Below, in pieces: positions 13,637 to 27,840 of a stretch of 64,000 nt of DNA; the stretch's first letter is position 1; each line of letters starts with the position of its first letter. Below the pieces are notes generated by a model. That model had not been told where the DNA came from and did not search any database. It worked only from the letters and a program-made list of their open reading frames with translations. The position numbers and the translations under genes were made by a program. The stretch lies in NCBI RefSeq assembly GCF_009914755.1, contig NC_060933.1; one strand, given 5' to 3'. Source of the stretch: the human T2T-CHM13v2.0 reference genome, Homo sapiens.

Positions 13637-13793
13637 GTCTCCGGGCTTTGGGTTGTCACTGGTTGCTGAGACCACCAGTGGCACCTTCCTCAGTGCTGAA
13701 CTGGCCTCCAACCCCCAGGGCCAGGGAGCAGCAGTACTTCCAGAGGACCTTGGCAGGAACTGTGCCCGGCTGCTGCTGGAGGAAATCTACAGG
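13637..13793 (+). CDS. RCL1: RCL1 exon 7, SPGFGLSLVAETTSG...PEDLGRNCARLLLEEIYR
   Basis: ctccag|G acceptor and AGG|gtatgt donor; 157 nt, phase 2/0; lies within ORF 13596..13826. Confidence 0.96.
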
Positions 13794-15998
13794 GTATGTC
13801 CACAGCTTCCTCTGATAGAGGAGTGACCAGGAAGCAGTTTGTTTTCTCATTCTCATCTCTTGGCAGCTTTCGTCCTCTTCCAAGGGCTCAAGCCAAGGAG
13901 ATAATCTGTTCCTGTGCATTAAGCAGTTCAGCCTTAACTAGTTTAATTGATTAGCTCAACCAGTCAGTGAGTAGAGATCTAGCCCCACTGGGTTGAGACA
14001 CAGGGCAGGTAAGTTTTAACAGTGAGCCAAGGAAAGAACTGGAACAGTCATAAAGGAAAGGGAAGGTTAAAAAAAGGAAGCAGGTAAGGTAAGGTGGTGG
14101 CTGACACACTGCCCTAGCCAAAGAGAGTACCATCCCGGCACCCCCCGATTGCTGCCATGTGGGAAGATGGACTCATTCTTTTTAGATCTTTTAAGAGAAG
14201 CTAGAAATCTGGATTTGTATGTGACAGTTGATTCATATATAAAACAATAGCAACAGGCTAGATTTTGCAATGCATTCTAGAGCACAGAATCTCAGTTAAC
14301 AGATAAGCATTAGAAAAGAAGAAAAAAATTTAAAAAAGCACAGAATAACTAGGAAAGGCAGGCCTGTGGCACAGCATAGCAGAAGCTTTGGAAAACCTAA
14401 GAACATGGAACAGAGAAGGGGTAAACTGATGTTGAAGACAGACTCAACCAGTTGTCATTTTGCTTCTGCAGGTCTGCTGGTGGGACACAGCTGAGACCAA
14501 TTTGCCCTCTCAGTTGCCACAGTCTTTCTCTGTTGATCCTTTCATTGCAACGGGCACATATGCATGCACACACTTTTACTGTTTCCTCAAAATAGGTGAG
14601 GTGACCTAAAGTAAGGGAGAAATTTGGAAAGATGATGGCAGAAAGAATAAGATACAGTTTCCTAAAAGATATATTCCCTGAGATCCCCTATACTTGGTTA
14701 GAAGAGGGTCACAAATCTGGGTCCAAGATTTCTGTTAGTCTGCACCGTCTTTTGCCTTGGTCCCACATCAAGAAGGTGAAACCTTTTCTCTGACATGCAG
14801 AGTCCAGGAAAGGCTCTGAAGGATGGTCGTTTCTCTGCTCTGTGTGTTAGGTCCCAGATTCTTGAACTGAGCATCAGCAAGAACTATACTCTAGTTGATT
14901 TGCTGTTGTATGGTGTATAATGTTTGTAAATCATCTCTCTTCTTCCCCTAAGGAGCTGAAGAGACTTCTTTCTTTGTATTGTTCTGTGTATTTCTTCTCA
15001 GTTGTCAGGCATCTTTCTGGTCTCCAAGTAAGTTTTCTCGTTTATGGTAGCAAAAATCACATCTGAGCCAAGTTAAATAAAATCAGTAAAACAGGTAAAG
15101 TGGCAATTTAGTTTTTCTTTTAATTCTTCCTTTTGCCACTGGTTCAGTTTATTAATCAGGGTGGTAGGGTAAAGCCTGACTAGCCATAGGTATTGATCCT
15201 CAGACCAGCCTCACAGTGGAAAACAGCTTATATTTATAGTCTACTCCCTTGATCCAAGTCAGTGTTCTTGAAAATGTCTCATTGGTCCAAGATGGAACAC
15301 ATGAGAATGAGCTGTTTCAGAATTAATTAAATTTCCAGGTCCTAAATGGCTCTATTTAATGACCATCTAATTAAAAATGGAAGACAGTGGACCTATAGTT
15401 TTATTTTCAGGAGAGTAGCTCCAGCCCCTCTACTCGGCATTCACCTGGGAAATAGTAGAAGAAGGAGATGAAATCTTCCTGAAGGAGGAGGTATTCTTTG
15501 ACAAGTCTTGTGCAGTCACGATCTGGCCTCAGATGTTTTGGTGCTAAATCAGTTTAGTTTTTTATGCTAAATTTAATAATTTTGTGAAAAATGGGTAGTA
15601 ACTAAAAGTTTGGGGTAGATGATCAAGAGGTTGCCCTGCCAGTTACTTAATTCACGAAGTTTGTGGTCTACTTATTTGTAGGGGGCGGGAAACAGTGCAT
15701 GCAATGTGTTTCCCTGGGTCCCTTGTTGTGCAGGATTTCTTTTCCTGGTCCTATAGTGTCTGGCCGTGGCTGGTCCTGTAGTGGCCTTCTCTCTAACTAT
15801 GGGGACACTTCCATGTCTTTCTAATAGACCTTGGGAGAATTAGAAGCATCACATTATACAGTAGTCCAGTAGGAGCCTATGGGCACAGCTAGAGTGTGGG
15901 GTTTATATCCCTATAAATAGCAGGCTATAAGCCTCAGGGTAAAAGCACCTACCACTCCACAAGAGGAAAAACATGCAGTTTAAATTAGGTTCTTTAAT

Positions 15999-16303
<305 letters not shown>

Positions 16304-18572
16304 AATTTTTTTTCTTTAGTTGAGATCTACTTTCAGTCTTCCATTGTGCCTGGACCAAATTTCTTTCGTTTTCTTTTAGTTATTCAGAAAACTTCCTTTT
16401 TATGTCTATGATCTTTAATTATTAAAAGGATGGAAATACTTCATGTTTTTCTGAATAATTTTCTGTAGAGTTGTGATGTGACATGGATTGAATGAGTGGT
16501 AAAAAATCCATCCCTTTTGAAGGTGCTATTTATCAAGTTTTAAGCCTCTGATCTAATCCCCCCTGTTCCATTTATGCCTCATCGGTTACCAAGCCTTCTT
16601 GATTCTGTCCCAGGCTTTCTGGAACTGCCTTTTCTTTCCATCCTTTTCACTGCTCTAATCACTGCCTGCCTCCCTGCTCCACTCCACAACTGGATTATGG
16701 CCACTGGCTCTCTGCATTTCTAGCAGAGAAGTTCTTTCCAAATCCTAACATCCTTTTCAGGCTAAAATACTGATCTGATCTCTTCACTCATGTGCACAGA
16801 GACCTTCACTGGCTTCTCACTTTCCTGGGACAAAGTCAGAATTCTCGACCCATTTCGGAAAGGCTTGCCTTAATTGGGCTACCCACCTTCTCTGTGCTGT
16901 ATGTGCTTCTCCACAGGCAGCAGTGGTGCCTTCCAGGCTGGTCACCTGGCCATTCCTTGCTGGCCCTGGCATTTTATTTTTCCCCATCATTCTGTTCTTC
17001 CTTCCTCCCCAAACCCTGCTCATCTCTCAAGGGCTGGCTCAAGTAGTCCTGAGTCCTAAAGCCCTCCTCAGGTATCTGGCAGGTGACACCTCCCCCCAGC
17101 ATAGGTAGGGTGATAGCCCCTACCACTTCCTCCATGATGTCCTGTACAGGGACCTTAGCTATCTATTACATTAAAATACTGGTCCAGTGAATGGTGAAAT
17201 AACAACAGTGATAGGAAGCAGAGACTGAAGAGAACACTTTAATTTTAGGCTGTCTTATGAAAGGGAGCAAGATCTATAAAACAGTTTTGTTGGTCGTCAT
17301 ATTTTCCATGGGTCAGGTTTTTCTTTTTGGGTAGAAAAGGAAAAGGAACTCTCCTTGTCCTAGAATTTGCTATGTGATCTAAATGTTGTTTTCTGTCCTT
17401 TATTAACTAAGGTAGTTTAGGGACGTGCAATAGATTTTCATAAAGGCTAGCAGTAAGATCAATCCTTATTTCCTTCACCATTTTTAGGGCTACTAAATGA
17501 TATCTGACAGCCAGAGAATTTCAGAGTGTCTGTATCTGAAAATGGATTTATTTCCTACCCTACATGCCTTAAAAAGGAGGCAGGGGCAGTTGTAGCCATA
17601 TGAACCACACTGCTGGCCACCTATCCTGTTCAGTCTAGCCTTGGATAGTAACGTGCCTTGGTCAGACTGGATTTCTAATTTTGACCTGTGCAAAATATGT
17701 AGAAATTCAAGGTCATCCTTCTTTGACTATGTACAATATGTTTTAAAGTTATTCCAGAAAGAATGATCAGAAAGCGTGTTTGTATGCTTATGTATGCGTC
17801 TAGTGGAGGCAAAACAGTTAAAATGGCTGAGAAAATGAAAAACAAAAGAAGAAAGGCAACCTAAGCAGTTGTACCTCAGGAGAAAGTGTTTGAAGAGAAG
17901 TCTGTTCTGCTTGTTAATTTGGAAGAAAGGGAAGGAAAAGGGGGTGGAAGGCATAATTTTATACATAAGTAGTAAGAATAAAGGGATCTAACCTTAACAA
18001 TTCTTCAGTTTTAAGGAACTCAGGAAGAGATAAAGGAGAGAAGTTAATAGAGTATGGCAAGCAGTTTCCTGAATGTATTTGAATAAGTGTAAAAGTAAGG
18101 CCATGAAAAGGCCGTTTCATGTCAGATAGACTGTGTTGTTCTGTGACAGATTCAATAAATATGAGCGTCATCCACTTAACCCTTGGAATTAACTCTACAT
18201 CTTCTAGAACTGATTAAGATTTTTTTTTTTTTTGCATATACTCAATAAAGATGATGTCCTCCTGCTGCTGCTTTAATGATAAAGGGAAAGTTTCATTTTT
18301 TTTTTTTTTACTAGATTCACTTAAGAAGATTTGAATCTGATAGTCTCATTCTGATAGTCTCAACTATTACAGTTGCTCTAATTAACTGTTAGTTTAACCC
18401 TCTACAGTTAGTTGATACAATGATTACTCTTATAAGACCTGTATTCTGTTTTATTGTTGCTTGAACTTTGGATTTTGATATTATGAGTGTATGTTTCTGG
18501 TTTTTTTTTTCCTCCTCTCTTTTGTTGGCTTTCCATTTTCTGGTTTGTACAATTATTAATTTGTGTTTACAG

Positions 18573-18676
18573 GGTGGATGCGTAGACTCGACCAACCAAA
18601 GCCTGGCGCTACTACTCATGACCCTTGGACAGCAGGATGTTTCCAAAGTCCTGCTAGGCCCTCTCTCTCCCTACAC
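18573..18676 (+). CDS. RCL1: RCL1 exon 8, GGCVDSTNQSLALLLMTLGQQDVSKVLLGPLSPY(T)
   Basis: tttacag|GGT acceptor and AC|gtaagt donor; 104 nt, phase 0/2; lies within ORF 18468..18680. Confidence 0.96.
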
Positions 18677-19422
18677 GTAAGTTATTCTTTTTCAACCTCG
18701 TTATTCTGTCCAGTGTAATTTTCTCATTGCCCAAAATGACAAAGGGTGTTGTGCTGCACAGAGCCTGCACTATGAACACCTGCTTGTGTTTATCCTCAAA
18801 TCAGCCAGCAGTTGTCACTCTTAACCTGGTGTTTATTTTTACATACAAGGATTTTTGCATTTCTTTCCTTCCTTAATCCCAGGTAACTGAAATTGCATGA
18901 TCTCTATTGGGCAGTTATTTTGTTCGTGCTTTAGATTTTGTTTCCAGGTTAGAGGTAAACTCCTGGTTTGGTGTAGCTTGGATTTTATTACTAGTTTTTT
19001 TTTAATCATTCTTTTCCTTAGCTGTCTAACTTGCTGTGGGAAAACAGGCTTTTTGTCTAAGATGATAGGATATGAGCTCACTGGGAAAGATGACAAAAGA
19101 CAGAGTTTGTATTAATGCTACTGGACTAGTAGGGAATTGTAGAAGTGAGTTTGGATTGTTGAATGTTAGCAGAAGTTGACTGCTGTGGTGTAAAAGCAAG
19201 CACTCTTCAAAAAGAACAGTGTCAGAAGACTTGAATTATAAATGACACTGTGAAAGAAGCATTTCCCATTGATAGTAAATGAGGTTGCGGAAAACAGCCT
19301 ATTTGAGTACTGACATTGTGTGTGTGTGTTTTCACGTGCTTGCATACTTGGAGATCATCATATGGCCCATCTGAGGTTGGTGAGCTGGGTGGCAGGGAAT
19401 ATTCAGGTAGATATGAGACTGA

Positions 19423-19501
19423 ACTGTCCTTTTTCGGTTATCATGGTACCGATGCTGTATATCTGAAAGGTACAGTACTGTGATAACTGAAGAATGGTGG
19501 T
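19423..19501 (+). ncRNA. MIR101-2: Intronic pre-miR-101-2 hairpin; miR-101-3p at 19471-19491, 5p arm at 19434-19455
   Basis: Contains mature TACAGTACTGTGATAACTGAA pairing with TCGGTTATCATGGTACCGATGC; MIR101-2 is known to lie in the last RCL1 intron. Confidence 0.97.
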
Positions 19502-21012
19502 GCCATCACATTGAGAAAGGGTTGAGGACTGCGGTGGGGCTATGCAGCCTTGGGCCGTGGCGTTGGGGGCATGAAAACCAGGAGCTTGAAATAAATTCTT
19601 ATGGAGGCTTTTTTTTTTCTTTTTTTTTTTTTTTTTGGAATTCGTGGTGGGAGGTTTTTTTAGAACAGGAAAATGGAAGAGAATACATTCTGTTAGCAGA
19701 GAGGGAAGACTGATAAGCAGGAAACTGGTAAGGACCACATTATCTCCTGATAGCTTGTGTAAAAGTATTTCGTAGGACAGGATACCTAAAATTGAGTAAT
19801 CCTAAATGGCGTGGTAACATCAGTAGTAAACAATGCTAAAATAGACTTGGTAGTTAAGTACTTGGAGAGGAGATGAGGGCTGGAAGAATGGCACCCTAGG
19901 TACAGAGACTCGCTTCCTGTAGAGAGCTCACTGGAGGCGGCTGCCAGCTGTGTGGCCACTGTGGCCCCACCGGCTTTGTAGCTGGGCTCGTAGCTGCCGT
20001 TCCCCAGCCCTTGCTTCAGGCCTGGGGAAGTCCTGCTTGCACACACGGTATGAGGTATGGGGTGTTGTCTTGAATGTGTGTGGTCCTGGGGCATGGGGTT
20101 TGGCAGAACATTCTGTGAAAATGGAATACATATATGTTTTTTTTCGTGACACTTTTTTTCTTTTGCTTTTGGAGATTTTTCAATTTGGCTCCAGGACCTG
20201 TATGATGTTTTCAAGCTTTGCAGAGATGCTCAAGATATGACTGGACATTTTTGAAAGTTCCTGTGTCCTCTTCAACACATCTTCTCACCAAACATTAATT
20301 GTAGTGTCTTTTCTTCCAGAAAACTTGCATAAAATGACTTCCTCTCCTGTGAAAACAGTGTCCTGCTCTGAATGGAGCTTTAAAGGAGTAGCACAAATTG
20401 TAAGATGATGTATCTTGAGGCTGGGGCTTAGAGATATTCTGCTGCCTCCCAGAGCTTTGTGCAGACGGGTCTGCCAGGGTGGGAAAGGGAAGCCTCCGTT
20501 CTTTTTGGTAAGCTAGCATAAAGACAGGTAAGGGAGTCTATTTTCAAGAAAGCTGGATCTGTTTCGTACTCTTTCTGCCCCTAATCGCTGTGGACAGCTC
20601 CAGCAGCACAAAGAGATGAAGGGCAAAGGCAGGATGCAGCGGGCAAAGTTAACATTGTATTTGTGAGTACAGTTGAGGATAAAAAAGGGATGAAATCCAC
20701 GGTGAGGACCATCATGGTGGGGGAATAGTTTATTCTAATGGATTCAAGAGCTTTGGAGACCAAACTAACACATTTATTTTTATGTGCAGTTAAAGTCATA
20801 GAAACCTGTTTTGTGAAACCTCAGATTTCTAAAGAAAACCAGAAGCAAGACCTTCCTTGGTTTAAAAAAAAAAAAAGCATTTCTTCAAGCAGTTTGGACC
20901 TGTTTTTCGTGTGTATAAAACAGCTTTTTAAATGTCTATGTAAAGAGCATTGGGATTGCTGTTGGTGGTTTTCTGTGCTACTTGAGAAAGTAAGTCTGTA
21001 TGTGTGAAACTC

Positions 21013-21313
21013 TTTTTTTTTTTTTTTTTTTGAGACAGAGTTTCGCTCTGTTGCCCAGGCTAGAGTGCAGAGGCGCAATCTCCGCCCACTGCAAGCTCTG
21101 CCTCCCGGGTTCAACGCCATTCTCCTACCTCAGCCTCCCGAGTAGCTGGGACTACAGGCACCCGCCACCGTGCCTGGCTAATTTTTTGTATTTTTAGTAG
21201 AGACGGGGTTTCACCATGTTAGCCAGGATGGTCTCGATCTCCTGACCTCGTGGTCCACCCGCCTTGGCCTCCCAAAGTGCTGGGATTGCAGGCCTGAGCC
21301 ACCAAGTCCGGCC
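21013..21313 (-). mobile_element. AluY
   Basis: AluY diagnostics GCAAGCTC...GCCATTCTCC and TTAGCCAGGATGGTCTCGATCTC; TSD TGTGAAACTCTTTT. Confidence 0.93.
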
Positions 21314-21619
21314 AATGTGAAACTCTTTTAGAAAGGCCCAAGAGATTTTTTTTCAGTAGAATAAAATACTGTTGGATAATCACTGGTATATGAAGATTCT
21401 ATTTCTGTTAAATTTGTTGAGTTTTAGGTGGCTTACAGTTAGTGACAGTAGTTGCACCCTCCATTCAACAAGCTTAATTTTACAGTTTAGGGAGGGAGGA
21501 TTTATACTTTTGGATTAACAGCAAGAAAAATAGCAAAAATTAAGATGCATCTTAATTAGCACTTTCAGAAATTATTTGTGGAATGAGACTGCAGTTACCA
21601 GAGCTCTCTGCATTCTGCC

Positions 21620-21835
21620 AGTGCACAAGTCTTGGAGTCCAGCCTATCTGGACTTAAGGCTCTACCACGCGCTACCAGGAGACCGTGGAAATGGTATTTA
21701 GCATCTTGGAGCCTTGGTGTCATTTGTAGATAAGGTGCGTGGTCCTGAAGTCCTGGACTTGTGGAGATGGAACGAAGCTTAGATTAAGTCAGATGCTTAG
21801 TGCTCCTGGCAACGTGCCTGAGGAGCTGTCAGTGC
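21620..21835 (+). mobile_element. Highly diverged MIR carrying GATA motifs
   Basis: Order of degenerate MIR blocks (GGAGTCCAG..., TCATTTGTAGAT..., TGCTTAG...CCTGGCA). Confidence 0.55.
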
Positions 21836-22458
21836 TGGGTGCTGTGGTTCCTGCCTGGACCCCCTTTCACCCTGCTGCAGTCCAGTCCCTTGGTCAGGTC
21901 ACTTTTTTTTTTTTTTTAACTGCTCCTTGAGGAGCAGGACTACCCCAGAGGCAGTGTGGCTAGAGTAGCCCGGTCAGGTCACTTTGAACCCCAGGAGGCC
22001 TAGTAAACTTGCTTTGGGTGATTTTAGGGTTTAAGTCATCTGTAAGTGGTCTGCCCAGCTACCTATAAATCTATATCCATTAATTTTAAATTATGGATTA
22101 AAAAATTTTAATTTCTAGTTATTATTTTTATGACTGACTTCCCCTAGTCACATTACTGAGCAAACTACACACATCTTATTGATCCTAAGAATTCTGTAAG
22201 GTAGATGTTTATTTAAACAACACCGTGTTTACTGTGTGCAAGATGTTGTTTTAAGCACTCAGACATAATAACTTATCTGGTTTTCATCATAACTTCATAA
22301 GGGCAAAAAAGGTAAGTACTATCATGTGCACCGTCTTACAGGTGATGGGATTGAGGCACAGCGAGGTCAAGTTACGTGCCCAGGGTCACACAGACAGTAA
22401 GTGGGGTTCAGACCTGGACAGTCTCCTCCAGTCACTGCTTCCCTTACCCACTGTGCTC

Positions 22459-22754
<296 letters not shown>

Positions 22755-23908
22755 AACCCATTGTGCTCTTATGTAAGAGCTGGGATTCCATCCATATCGC
22801 TGGACTCCAAGCACCTTGCCTGAGGCAGGATGCCATGCTACATCTTTTCAGCAAAGTCCTCGTTTCAAATTCTGCTGTAAAATGATCTCTTTCTATCTTT
22901 AGTTGGAAATCTAAAATAAACCGTGACTTTTTTTTTTCTAACTTTAGTTAATGACCTTTTTCCATGACTGTGGAAGTGCTGAGGAGCTAGAGGACACTGT
23001 CCTTGTTAAACACCAACTGAGTGGGGCTTCCTAGCCCACTCAGCCTAAAGCTCAGCCCTCTGAAGAACCAATGAGGAAACCAGTGGGGAAACTGGGAACT
23101 GCCGGCCAAGCCTGCCTCTACTTGGGGTCAGTGGCCTCACTGCATTCCATGAGCTTGCACAGTACCACTATGTCTTAGTTTTGTGAAGCGTTTAAATTCT
23201 GTAAAGCCCTGTCACCTGATGTTTGAGCCCTAGAACATAATTGGTGTATGGTAAAAGCAAGTGATAGCCTTCCTTCTCAGATAAAAAAGAGGTCACTGAC
23301 CTGCTTATGGTGAGATCCTGTCTGAACTGGGCCTGGGACCCCATCTCCTGACAGTGCAGCTAGCCTAGTTCTCTGTTTCCTGCTGCCTCAGTAACTGAAT
23401 GTAGTAATTTCATTTGGAGCAGAGGTCAGCTTGTCTTTGGGAAAGCCTCTATTCAGCAGAAAAAGCATCAGCAGTATATTTAAAAGCTGCCATGTAATGA
23501 CTATAGGGACTCCATTGAGCAGATCCTTTTCTTATCTCCAGATCTTTTCCCTCAACTTCCAGAGCACGTCCTTACACCTGAGATGTAGGTACCCCCAGCT
23601 CTGTCGCATATCCAGTGGCATAGTAACCAGGTGGCTTAGTGGAGGAGGACGCAGGACCCTCTGTTGTGGTTTGTGCCTGTGGGGGCTGCCAGAGAGAGGG
23701 CTCACCCCATGATTGCCTTTACCCCAATCTCTCACATGCTTCAAAAGAGGGGTCTGGTGGGAGGGGCTGTGTTTAAGGGTGGGATCTGGCAGCCTGTCAA
23801 ATCCTGGTCAGCTGGGATTCAACGGACCCATGACCACAAGCCTCATGGCCTTTCCTGTTGACCAGCAGTGGCAGTGGGAACAACTCACCTTTTGAAAATA
23901 CATAGGAA

Positions 23909-24221
<313 letters not shown>

Positions 24222-25502
24222 TTATCTCTGTGCTCCAGAATTCTCTGAAACCTGCTTGTCAGATGGACTAGAGGCTTTCGTAGAAAAGTCAGTTGCTTTT
24301 TGTTTTCTGAAAATCATTTTGTCCCGGGGAAAAAAAAAGCCTCACTGCAGATAATCATTCTCTATGTTAGGTGTTAAAATCCTTTACACAGGAGTTGCAT
24401 AGAGCCCCTACTGCCTAGAATGGTTCTTCTGAAAAGCTGCTATTAGCACTGTGTGGGTGGTTACTCATTGAGGGGCAGAGCTGCTCTCGGTGAGCGGTGG
24501 GTCTCTCTTTGCCCTGGGTGTGTGGCTGTGTGGTTGTGTCTAGGAAGTGTGAATCTCCAGTGTAGTGCTGTGGAAGAGAGGGGCAGGGAAATATGAACTC
24601 AAGAGGCGGTGCCTCAGTGCAGCTGCTGCTGTGGAGAGCTGTTGGGCTGTGGAGAAGGACGTGGATCAGCACTGGACAAGACTTTGTTCAAGTGCATGTA
24701 GATACAGGACGAGCTTACTCTTCATTTGCTTTTCGTTTTCTTAAGGAGGCTGTTTGCTGGGATTTAATATTGTCTGTGGTTTTTTTTCAGGTTGTGAGCA
24801 TTTTTGCTCTTCAATATCCCAGCTGCCAGAGACATAGGGAGAATGGGGCTAGAGGTGGGGGAAAGATTCTGAAATGTACCTTAATCTAGTCTCTTACACA
24901 GTCTTCCTTGGACAGGCTGAGGAGTTGGCAGAACATTATGTAAAAAGTGGAACTAACTTTGCTTTTTCTAACTGTTCCAAAGGCTACAAATACCCCAAAC
25001 TTGCAAATACACAGGCCTGCACACTTGAGCCTGTGTTCCTCCCATCCTTCTCCAAGAGATCAGAAGCAAGCTGAGGGCCCGTAGAAATTCTGCCAGCTGG
25101 GGAGGGTGTCTGGTTTTTCAAGCACAGTTGAGTGATTCAGAGTGAAGTAGGCTGGGTGAGATCCTGGGAGCAGAGCATGCCCCAGGCCTGTGTTAGTTTG
25201 AGGCAGCAGCAAAGGAGAGACCAATCTGTTTTCTCCTTCAGATGCAGAGTGGGTGAGATGGCTGGCTTTTTCCAGGTTGCCGCCAGCTGGAAGCTTTGCC
25301 CACAGATGTGGACTGTTTATCTGTGGTTTGCTGTGTTTTCTTTTTTCCCTAGGACAGGATGGGGGAGATGGTGGGATGGATAGAAAGCAACAACGACAAC
25401 AGAAATTTAATTGGTTAGTAAGACAGGAAAGCCAGCAGGGAAAGCTGACTTCCCTTAATTGCCAAGAATGTTGAAAATTTTTTCTCAAAATTACCCCAAC
25501 TC

Positions 25503-25676
25503 CTAAATTCTATCCAGTGCCTCTTTACTGAGAACCTTTACAGTGCCTTGTTTGAATAACGGGTTCAGTGATGGAGAAGAGCCTCTTTACTGAGGCTAAA
25601 TTCTATTCAGTGCCTCTTTACTGAGAACCTTATACAGTACCTTGTTTGAATAACGGGTTCAGTGTTGGAGAAAAGC
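25503..25676. repeat. Tandem duplication of a ~80-bp unit (period 93)
   Basis: 25503-25582 matches 25596-25676 with few mismatches. Confidence 0.9.
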
Positions 25677-26209
25677 ATTGCTGTTGAGGTACTTAAATAA
25701 TTTAATGAGGGGGAAGGGGACAGTGATACATAAGCATTTAATTAGACACCATGAGCAGAGAATGCTATGGAAACCTGGAGGGGTGGGAAAGATCGTTTGG
25801 GGTAGGGTTTATGGGCTAGGAAAGACTTCATAGAAAAGTTGACAAATGGGATGTTATTTTAAAGATCGAGATGAAGTTGCACATTCCTAGGTGGAAGGAA
25901 AGCAAGGAATTGGGGGATTTTTCTATGAGCATCCAGCACTGACCAGAACTCCTGCCCTCTAGGGTTGTTAATGTTTCATCTCTTAGCCCCTGATGCGCTG
26001 GTCACTTCAGCCACAGGGTCAGGAATTGTTCAGGCCCCCTTTTCTCCATGTAGCTGTTTCCTTCCTTTAACTAGATCAGTGCTCTTAGCACAGAGGGATG
26101 GGGATGGGAGGGAAATTCATCAAGGCAGGCTTTATATGTAGTTTGGTATACACCGAGTAGGGGTGAGAACCAGGATCAGTTGTTTTATAGCATGGCAAAT
26201 ATGTATTGA

Positions 26210-27840
26210 TTTCTTTATTTTAAAAAGCTTTATTGAGAACCAATTCACATATGACACAATTTACCCATTTTAAGTACACAGTTTAAAGGTTTTTTAGTGT
26301 ATTCACAGACTTGTGTAACCACAGCCACAATCTAATTTTAGCACATTTTTACTACCCCCAGAAAGAAACCCTGTGCCAGCTCACAGTGCCTCCCATTCTT
26401 CCCACTCTCCCCAGCCCCAGGCAACCACGAATCTCCTTTCTGCCTCTGTGATAGATTTGCCTGTTGTGGCTTTTTCATATTGTGTAGATAGAATCATACA
26501 CTATCTGGTCCTTTGTGACTGGATTCTTTCACTTAGCATAATGTTTTCAGGGTTCATTGATGTAGCACGTATCAGTGCTTTGTTCCTTTTTTATGGCAGA
26601 AAAAAAAAATCTTCCATTGAATGGATATACCACATTTTATGCATTCATCAGTTGGTAGACATTTGGGTTGCTTCTACGTTTTGACTCTTGTGAATAATGC
26701 CATTATGAATATTTGCGTGCAAGTTTTTGTGTGGGTGTATGTTTTCATTTCTCTTGTACATATTCCTAAGAGTAGAATTACCGTATCCTATGGTAACTCC
26801 CTGGTTAACATTTTGAGGAACTGCCAGGTTGTTTTCCACAGCGGCTGTACCGTTTTACATTCCCACCAGCAGTGTATGAGGGTTCTAGTGGTTCTGCCTC
26901 CTCACCCACACTTTTGTTATTGTATGTCTTTTTATTATAGCCATCCTATTGGATATGAAGTGATATTTCACAGTGGTTTTGATTTTCACTTCCCTAATAA
27001 CCAGTGATGTTGAGCATCTTTTCATGTCCTTATTGGATATTTGTGAGGAAATATCCGTTTAGCTCTCCCACTTTTTTTTTTTTTTTTTTCAGTGAGTCTT
27101 ACTCTGTTGCCCAGGTGGGAGTGCAGTGGTGCAATCATAGCTCGAGTAGCTAGGACTACAGGCTCCTGCCATCATGCCTGGCTAATTTTAAAACAATTTT
27201 TTTGTAGAGATGGGGGTCGTAATAGACTGGTCTTGAATTCCAGGCCCCAAGCAATTTGCCTGCCTTGGCCTCCCAAACTGTTGGGATTACAGGTGTGAGG
27301 TACCATGCCTGTACTCTCCCATCGTTTAATTAGGTTATTTGTCTTTTTATTATTGAGTTGTAAGAGTTGTTTATATAGTTGAGATGCCTGACCTTTATCA
27401 GATATATGACTTGCAGATCTTTTCTCCAATCCTGTAGGTTGTTTTTTTACTTTCTTGATGGTGCACTTTGATGCACAAAGTATTTTAATTTTGATGAAGT
27501 CCAATTTATTTATTTTGTCTCTTATTGCCATCCTTTTGGTGTTGTATTTAAGAAATGGTTAAGAAACCGTTGCCTAGCCCAAGGTAATGAATATTTACTC
27601 CTGTATTTTCTTTAGTGAACTTTATAGTTTTAGCTCTTACAGCTATGACTTTGATCTCTTTTGGGTTAAGTTTTGTGTGTGATGTGAGGAAGGGGCCCAG
27701 CTTCATTCTTTCACCTGTGGATATCCAGTTGTTCCAGCATCATTTGTTGCAATGATTATGCTTTCCTCATTGAGGAAATTAGCCATAACTGTGTGGTTTA
27801 TTTCTTGACTCTCAATTCTCTTCCATTGATCTATGTGTTT
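26210..27840 (-). mobile_element. L1 (L1M/L1MB-like) 3' fragment interrupted by an Alu
   Basis: Antisense L1 3'UTR/ORF2 end (TTTACATTCCCACCAGCAGTGTATGAGGGTT); ORF 27172..27531(-) gives L1 ORF2-like KINKLDFIKIK. Confidence 0.9.
27072..27310 (-). mobile_element. AluJ-like element with internal deletion, nested in L1
   Basis: ATCATAGCTC joined directly to GAGTAGCTAGG; flanking CTCTCCCA repeats. Confidence 0.85.

Noticed and set aside
18336-18362. Short tandem duplications (also near 56999-57028 and 57172-57224)
   Set aside because: Ordinary slippage-scale duplications
26373-27531. Several 100-128 aa ORFs
   Set aside because: Decayed L1 ORF2/3'UTR and Alu sequence
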